The notes beneath the pieces are model-generated. The model was not told the origin of the DNA. It saw only the letters and a program-made list of their open reading frames with translations, and ran no database searches. DNA of 64,000 nt from Macrostomum lignano (taxonomy: Eukaryota). The stretch spans positions 1-64,000 of the forward strand of contig NIVC01000939.1 of assembly GCA_002269645.1 (NCBI GenBank), written 5' to 3'. This document shows positions 56,701 to 64,000 of the stretch, one piece after another (positions within the stretch are counted from its first letter, which is position 1; each line of letters opens with the position of its first letter). Position numbers and translations under genes: made by a program.

Positions 56701-59700
56701 CTTAGTGAGCAGATGTCTCTACTGGCACATCTTAATACTGTATAACTTTAGGAGATCTAAGATCTAAATTAAAAACCATAAATGAATCAGGAAGCTGTGT
56801 CTGATGTGGCTTTTGTCGAATATCTTTCTACCTTTGTAGAAAGTTGCAGGTTGTTGTAGCCTAGTGGTTAGAGCGTCGAACTGAAAGGTCAGGAGTTCGA
56901 TTCTTGACCCACTCGGAACAATTTGTGTCCTTGAGCAAGACACTTAACTCTGCATTGCTTCAGCTCACCCAGCTGTAAGCTGGGGTAATTGAGGGTGTGT
57001 GACGACCCCGCAGTCCTTGGACTGAACAGCCGTACGCAGCCTTCAGATGCTCCGCACAATAGCTGCGGCTAATTGTCGGTTGCACATCTGCCCGTTGCGG
57101 CAGTTGTAATCAATAATCAATAATTATTATTCTACTTTTCAGATATCCTTCAAGAATTTCAGCCAAAGCCGTGGGTCTATCTGCTGAATTCAAGTGAGAG
57201 TCTGAAAGCAATTTCTCTCGCAGCCTAACGCACTCAACTCAATGTACAAATATTTTTTCAATGATAATTTCATATTTTCAGCCACGGATTCGCTGGTGGC
57301 GTACTTTAGCGGCCTCGATGGCGCTGTGAAGAAATTTAAAAAAGCCTACAGCGCTGACCATCTGAAAATGCACAACCTTCAGCTGAGCCTTTACGCACGC
57401 TCCGAGTATCCTCTCATTTGCTTTAAAGGTACATTGAAGCTTGGTGGCGGTAGAGCTTGAGCATTAGTTTGCGTTGCAGTAAACTCTACACAAAAGCTTT
57501 TTTCACCGCAAATCAACTTATTTCAGAAGCAAACGCTTCAACGTACAACCAGAGCACAGAAAGCAGCAACGGTGGGTATATTTTCTCGAAGCTCTGAGTG
57601 AAAAATACATATCGATATTGCTGAATGCAACATTTTTCTCCAACCACCGCATCAAGCAGGCAGCTGCTTCTGTACGGTGGACTACACCACCTACGGCAAA
57701 ACCGTCTCGGACGAACTATGCTCAACCCCCTGCTCAATTGCTAATAAACCGCAGTGCCAGGACCATGTAGCTAGAGTTCATCGCACCTGGAGTGAGTCGT
57801 TTTGATTTAGGGTCTGAATGGCTGAGTATCGGACATACATCAATGATTTTCGCTATTCACCTGCAGACCTGGCCTGCTTCAACACGCCATCTGTGCTGAA
57901 CGCCAGCATCGAGTCGGAGCCGCAGCCGCACCACCTAGTTGGCGACAAACTGCTGGCCAACTGCATCTACGGCTTCGAGTTTCTACCTGAGGTCAGGGAC
58001 AACAGGACCTACGTGTGCGACCAGAGCGGCAGCTTTGCCTACGTGCTGAGCTCGGGGCACCGGTTCTACAACACTAGCGATGCGTGTGTTGGTGAGTGCT
58101 GCTTTACCTGAAATACTGCATAGGTCACCTGGTGTTCTGAAAGTTGTAGGCTGAGCAAACTCCTTGACGATTTCAGTAAAGCGCTGCCCAGCTCTCAACA
58201 ACCAAACAAGTCCTTTAACTCTGGAATCAACCTACCTGTATCAGAATAGAACATGGATTGAATCCACGGTTCAGGAATCGTCCGCCCGGTTCCTGTTCGA
58301 CCACTCGGATCCATACAACAATGCAGTCAACGCCACGGCTGTCAAGCGCTGCAGCCAGGGCTTCCTGCCATCAGATGACGTGGAGATGCTGTGCCTGATT
58401 GACAAAACCTGGTTGAATTTTGATGCTCCTTGCACCCGTGAGTTGATTTTTAACTAGTCACATTTCTCATACGAGTACTTGTAGATGAAAGTACTGTAAT
58501 TAAAGTTTTATTAAATTTTTTTTTCAATCAATCAGGAATTGCGTGCCCGGAGCCGGACAACCTGACTGATGCCTGGATTGATCGGGTTGTCGCAAACGCT
58601 GCCCCAATCAATGGTACTCAGGTGCTTGCCTACAGAGACTATGCGGTCTACCGAACGCGGTGGGGCTACGAATTCCCGCCAGTAGACGGCTCGGAGGCTG
58701 CCGGGCTGTCGGAGTGGCGCTCCGTCTGTCAGGCCACCGGCAACTGGAGCTCCGTGCCGCTGCCTCGGAGTGAGTGTCGTTTTGTGCTGAGCTGGCTTCG
58801 TGGAGATGATGTGCCTGATTGACATATGCCGTGCAAATAGTAGCACAACAATGCTGTTATTGCTTGAGCAGCGGCACAGGGTGCATCACTGGGCTGTGTT
58901 GTGTTGAGAAAGTCAGACTGATTTTGGGGTACACACGATCTTAGACCCCTTTGGCCTTCTGACTGGTATATTTATACTTTAGCTGCGACAGATCAATAGT
59001 GCCAACACAGATGTACATAACAGATGTACATATCTGCAAACCAACTATACAACAGGCTGGAGCGCGAACATGGGTCGGGCCATCCACAGAATTCGGGGCG
59101 CCAGCGTTGCTAACAGACAGTTGAAAAAAGACGAGTGCGTGCCTGTCCTCACCGGTAGGGCGTCTGCAGTGCCCGCAGCAGCACCTCCTGTATCGGCTCA
59201 GTGCCGATGATGTCTCCTGCTAAGTGGACTCGCCGGCACAGCAACTGAGGGCCAAGTGGTTGGCCCGCTCATCCTAGATACCATTTTTATTAACTCCGAA
59301 CATTGAGAGCAAACACTAATTTCCACAATTGTCTTTTCTTCGAAATTAATTTTCTACCAAAAACTGGTCTAACTACAGAAATCTACTGCCACCTGAGGAT
59401 CTCCAACCTGACTGCCCTGCCGAACGTCAGCCTGTCGCACTACAACAGCTCCGCTGCTCACAGGTACCTGGACACAGCCGTGATTTCGTGCTCCAACTCA
59501 AGCACTCACGAGTTCGCACTGGCGCCCAGCGTCCTGCAGTTCGACATTCAGTGCAATGCCGATCGGGTGTGGACGAATGAGTCTGTGTGGAGCCGGGGCT
59601 GCAGTCGTGAGTTTCAGAGATTAGAGCTTGTGACTTTGCGAGCATGCTGAGGGAGTTATTGGGAGAGTATCGCGCTTTTGCATCATCGTACCAGACTGGG

Positions 59701-62700
59701 TCTGAAATTGGTGCTGTGAATTTCTATCAGTCGCATTTCTCATTTCCAGTAAAAACCTGCCCGCCGCCCGAAATCGAGTCGGTGCCCTATCAGCTGGTCG
59801 GCGTCAGCACCAACCGCACGGAGTACATTAAGCGGTTGCTCACTCACCCGACCGTTAGCAGCAAAGCTTTCGTGTTCAGCGAGCTGCAGCTCAGCTGCCC
59901 TGAGGGATTCTTTGCACCGGATGAGGCGCCGCGCTCAACTCTCTGCCTGCCGAATGGTACTTGGACTGCGTTCGAAAACTGCTCAAGTGCGTTGTGATTT
60001 AACCTAAATTCAAATGCTATTTCTAGTCTTGCAGATACCAAAGTCAGGATACGAGTGTTGTGCTCAAAAGCAGGTTTTTCCATTGCTTCTGCCTGATTTT
60101 CAACCTCCAGGAAGCAGCTGCGGTGAGCCGCCAGCGGTAGGGAAGGCCAGAATCACTCGAAATGCGTCCAACATTGTGGGAGAGAACTTTCGACTCTACG
60201 ACACGGTCTACTACTTAGCAGATGCGGGCTACCAGTTTTCTGGTGTTGAGCGGCCCTGGCACTTCATCAGCTGCACTTGGAACTCCAGTTTCAATGAGAG
60301 CTTCTGGACTGACCTGCCTCCGGTAGAATGTGAGTGCCGAGTGTATCCTATAAATCGCAATGCGTTTACTGATTAGTGACATGTGACCTGACAGAGTAAC
60401 CTGTGACCTGACTGAGTGACCTGTGACCTGACTGAGTGACCTGTGACCTGACAGAGTAACCTGTGAGCTGGCTGAGTGACCTGTGACCTGACAGAGTAAC
60501 CTGTGAGCTGGCTGAGTGACCTGTGACCTGACAGAGTAACCTGTGACCTGACTGAGTGACCTGTGACCTGACTGAGTGACCTGTGACCTGACTAAGTGAC
60601 CTGTGACCTGACTGAGTGACCTGTGACCTGACTGAGTGACCTGTGACCTGACAGAGTAACCTGTGACCTGACAGAGGGACCTGTGACCTGACTGAGTGAC
60701 CTGTGACCTGACAGAGTAACCTGTGAGCTGACTGAGTGACCTGTGACCTGACAGAGTAACCTGTGAGCTGACTGAGTGACCTGTGACCTGACAGAGTAAC
60801 CTGTGAGCTGGCTGAGTGACCTGTGACCTGACAGAGTAACCTGTGACCTGACAGAGTAACCTGTGACCTGACAGAGTAACCTGTGACCTGACTGAGTGAC
60901 CTGTGACCTGACTGAGTGACCTGTGACCTGACTGAGTGACCTGTGACCTGACTGAGTGACCTGTGACCTGACTGAGTGACCTGTGACCTGACAGAGTAAC
61001 CTGTGACCTGACTGAGTGACATGTGACCTGACAGAGTAACCTGTGAGCTGACTGAGTGACCTGTGACCTGATAGAGTAACCTGTGACCTGACTGAGTGAC
61101 CTGTGACCTGACTTAATGAACTGTGACCTGACCAAATGACCTGTGACCTGACTGAGTGACCTGTGCCACTTAAAAAGTGTAATTTTCGCGCATGAGGCGC
61201 GAGTCGGATGAGTTCAGTTGTCCATGTGAACATTTATTTTGATCCGAGAAAGCATTGTATTTTTAGTAGGTTATAAAATATATCACTCAGAATGCTGCAC
61301 TTCAATCTTTTCACTCATTGCAGTGGGCCGCTGCCCGGCACCTGCCGTCCCACAAGCCGTGTATCAAATGCCAACCTGGAACTCCACCGCCAAGGCAGTC
61401 GAATTCGTGAGGCTCAACGTGAGCCTCTTCGCTTTTTCTTCCAACATTTCGCAGCAATCTTTCTCCAGAAACTTCATTGAGTGCGCACCTGGGCACAAGA
61501 ACCTTGACAGCGTAGATCACATCGAGTGCCAATCAAGCTGGCACTGGAGTCCGACGCCCAACTGCTCTCGTGAGTAGCTATTAATCTGGACGTTAATGAT
61601 AATTCCAGGTGGGTTTTGGGCACCCTGGAACAACGACTCCGGCCACATCGTCCCAAAACCACTGATGGTGTTGTTCTGTCTATTCCGCAGACTCCTGAGT
61701 TCGTATTGCAAATGTTTCATTCTGCAGGTTTGAACTGTCCGGAGCCCCCACAGATGAGCAACGCATCGGTGCAAAGCAGCGTGCTGCAGTCTCCGAACTC
61801 CAGCTGGTTTCTGTACGACTCCGTGATCTACAGAGCGAGTCCCGGCTTCCAGTTTAGTGCGGTGAACAGCACAGAGTGGTTCAGCACCTGTCTTTTGAAG
61901 AGCGACAATGTCACTACCTACTGGAGGGAAGTTGCGCCTCCGAAAAGTAAGGAATTTTTATCATGCAATGTCGGTTGTGCTTAAAGTTTGTAAAATACGC
62001 TGGCCTCGCACCTTACCGTAGGAATTCAGTGTCGTCCAAATCTGAGCGAAATTTTCGATGCAACACTTCTTGATGTCATGAATTCAACGGGAACATTGTA
62101 CTTGGACAGTGCTGTCCTGCGCTGTGCCAACTCATCCCTTCGCGAGTTGAGCGCCAGTCGGGATCACAATGAGCTGCCTACTCAGTGCTTGGCCAACGGT
62201 TCCTGGTCCAATGAGTGGCTGTGGAGCTCTGGGTGTTCCTGTAAGTGTCGTTTTCGGTTATGTACTAAATTTGTACTTAACCTGCCAGCCAGTTGACTTA
62301 CATTTTTGTTTATAGGCCCATGCATTGCACAGTTGCATTAAAAGTGCATGTTGTAAAGTTAGATAGCTAACCCAAAAGCTCGCCCTATTTCCCTTAAGTC
62401 TGGCCCATTCACTGACCTAAAATATAGCAATTTTGTGTACGACGCGTAAAACCATTAAAAAAGCCAGCTAACCCGCATAAAATGCTCAACTTGCTCTCGG
62501 CAGTGAAAACCTGCCCAGGCTTCATTGCAAACCAGGAGGAAGTGTACACGGTTCATCGTCATAACGGCAGCTTGGACTCCATCTACAACCAGACCGTGAG
62601 CGTCAGAGTCACCCCGTTCACCAACTCGAACGTATCGACAGCTCCTGTACTCACGGAAGTGCAGCTGGGGTGCCCAGGCACCCATTTTCTTCCGCCCAGC

Positions 62701-64000
62701 GCGCCCAATAGAACCTGGTGCCAAGAGACCAAGAACTGGTCTAGTTATCAGACCTGCGTCAGTAAGTTTATCTGTTTTGAAATTCAATGCCTAAACTATT
62801 CAAGTACTGTTGTATTGATTTGCTGGTTGACTGATTCGCCCTAGTTAATTGAAATGATGTCTTTTGACTCTGATTCAGTTGGTTTATCTCGCATTATAAT
62901 CTCACTAAACATAACTTTTAGGACTGGCCTGCCCGTCACCGCCGGCCCCGTCCGGTGCCAGCGTCAGCAGCCACTTCCTCAACCAGCCGGCAGACCCGCA
63001 GCTGCGGCTTTTCGACAGCGTCTTCTACGAGGCACTCAGCGGCTCCTACTTTACCGTCATCAACTCTACCTGGTGGCTGAGCACCTGTCTTCTGAATGAG
63101 TCCAGCGGCCTACCCTACTGGACCGAGCTGTTCCCACTGGAGAGTGAGTGAATGACGCACCAAGTGACGTCATTTGTATTCAACGTGTTTTGATACATAC
63201 ATACAAAAATTAAGTTATTAGGTTCAATACTGAAATTGTCCTAAACAGTAACAGTATAGGAACCATTGCTATCGGTCATTGTGTTTGATTTTTAGCGGGC
63301 CAATGCGTTCCCGGAATCGCGGAGCTGTCCGCTCTGCCCGGCATTTCTCTGATCGGAAACTCGAGTGAGCTCAACCGCACAATCGAGATCCGCTGCCTCG
63401 ACGCAGTATCGCAGGAGTTTCTGGACGCGCCATCCGTGACCAAGTTTCACTCCGTGTGCCAGCCTGGAGGACAGTGGAGCAACTTCAGTCGGTGGGAACG
63501 TGGCTGCGGCGGTGAGTCTCGATGTCGGGAGCTTGCAGGGATTGGCCTGGCTGTAGACTTGAAAAATTATGTATTACATATTGCAAAGCAACGCTGCTGC
63601 TTTCTTGTACCGTTGGTTTTAGAAATTAAAAAAATGAAATAAGCCGTTACTTCAAGTATCCAGTAATAAAATCTTACTGGATGCTTAATATTATCCTGTG
63701 CGCAATATTTCAAGAGCTGAAGACCTAGAGCTGGGTACTCATTCTCATTCTTAAACTTTCTAGGACGAACCTGTGACGCCATTTCCGTCCTTGAGCGGGT
63801 CTTTACCATCGCGGAGATCAATGAGAACGCCCAGCTTGCTGGATACCGCAACATCAGCTTGTCCTCGCTTAACTTGACGCTGCCTGCCGCTGCCCAGAAC
63901 GGCAGCAAGCTGCCAGTTGGGACTCGCCTGAGCATCGGCTGCCCTCCCGGACTTCGGTGGCAGAGTGGCGCTCCGGACTCCACCGTGTGCCGACAGGATA
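38696..64000 (+). CDS. Paralog 2: giant secreted/surface mosaic protein (signal peptide, ~4 Sushi-like, WSC/CTL-like/fibrinogen-like/discoidin-like units, 13+ Sushi-like); 43 exons, >3400 aa, runs off the window
   Basis: Exons: 38696-38774, 40447-40728, 42369-42653, 43270-43587, 44335-44527, 45084-45151, 47585-47932, 48876-49286, 49358-49543, 49631-49918, 50211-50528, 50616-51102, 51290-52245, 52427-52705, 52798-52911, 53004-53180, 53536-54057, 54130-54252, 54337-54744, 54864-55133, 55243-55372, 55441-55529, 55620-55705, 55823-55982, 56195-56362, 56480-56704, 57143-57193, 57282-57428, 57527-57571, 57657-57791, 57867-58091, 58177-58437, 58536-58769, 59379-59606, 59750-59986, 60111-60329, 61324-61569, 61728-61946, 62022-62240, 62504-62761, 62922-63143, 63296-63511, 63764-64000+. 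All lengths fit their intron phases. Confidence 0.88.
40835..41410. repeat. 33-bp minisatellite (GGGCCAGTGACGCTCCTAAGTAGTGGTGACTCT)n
   Basis: Directly visible, about 17 copies. Confidence 0.95.
42778..43095 (+). mobile_element. CORE-type SINE copy 4
   Basis: A box, B box GGTTCGATTCC, core, (TTA)-rich tail. Confidence 0.85.
43915..44132. repeat. 10-bp minisatellite (ATGGCAGGGA)n
   Basis: Directly visible. Confidence 0.9.
44668..44809. mobile_element. Small MITE-like hairpin element (142 bp)
   Basis: ATCTACTTTTGGCCCATAGACT (44668-44689) is the exact reverse complement of the sequence ending at 44809. Confidence 0.65.
45329..47366. mobile_element. Non-autonomous hAT (Buster/Charlie-like) element filled with a CT satellite
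   Basis: Perfect 8-bp TSD GTCTAGAG (45321-45328, 47367-47374); TIRs TAGGGGTCAGCAAACT / AGTTTGCCGACTCCAA (13/16); subterminal GGCCCGC motifs. Confidence 0.85.
45375..47290. repeat. 1.9-kb (CTCCTCTTCT/CTCCTCT)-type polypyrimidine satellite
   Basis: Directly visible; source of the spurious 684-aa LSSL and ERRE ORFs. Confidence 0.95.
48140..48640. repeat. 26-bp minisatellite (ACCACCAGAGATCCAGCCCAAACCAA)n
   Basis: Directly visible. Confidence 0.95.
51290..52245 (+). CDS. Paralog 2 large exon with C-type-lectin-like domain
   Basis: CNQGWLQVNGTCYLL...[17 protein letters not shown]...FWVGL...NCFEV...C...FCEK. Confidence 0.85.
56849..57130 (+). mobile_element. CORE-type SINE copy 5
   Basis: A box, B box, core, AAT-rich tail. 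Confidence 0.8.
59050..59275 (-). mobile_element. Degenerate LINE 3' fragment (RTE-like)
   Basis: RRVHLAGDII..EPIQEVLL..LQ.P..GQART resembles the post-RT C-terminus of RTE-type elements. Confidence 0.35.
60378..61167. repeat. 20-bp minisatellite (CTGTGACCTGACTGAGTGAC / ...ACAGAGTAAC)n
   Basis: Directly visible, 10-bp subunits. Confidence 0.95.

Overview
Eukaryotic (invertebrate-type, repeat-rich) genomic DNA. The short GT-AG introns and repeat load resemble flatworm genomes such as Macrostomum, but the species is an inference only. (1) 1-11608 is the right part of a Polinton/Maverick (adintovirus-like) endogenous viral element. It holds the 3' end of the major capsid gene, an adenain-like protease, a packaging ATPase, conserved Polinton ORFs, a protein-primed family-B DNA polymerase and a terminus reading AGTAGTAG on the minus strand. 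It also carries an intact, full-length, divergent TATA-binding-protein (TBP)-like gene and a candidate transactivator ORF. (2) 11632-35333 and 38696-64000+ are two tandem paralogous multi-exon genes for very large secreted or surface mosaic proteins (Sushi/CCP, WSC, C-type-lectin-like, discoidin-like and short fibrinogen-like modules). I traced 26 and 43 exons by hand; all keep frame. The viral element ends 23 nt upstream of an internal splice acceptor of paralog 1. (3) The introns contain a CORE-type tRNA-derived SINE family, a Tc1/mariner derivative, LINE fragments, a hAT element with an 8-bp TSD, foldback elements and about 18 different mini/microsatellites. No rRNA, true tRNA or CRISPR array is supported. 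All calls come from reading motifs by eye; no database searches were run.
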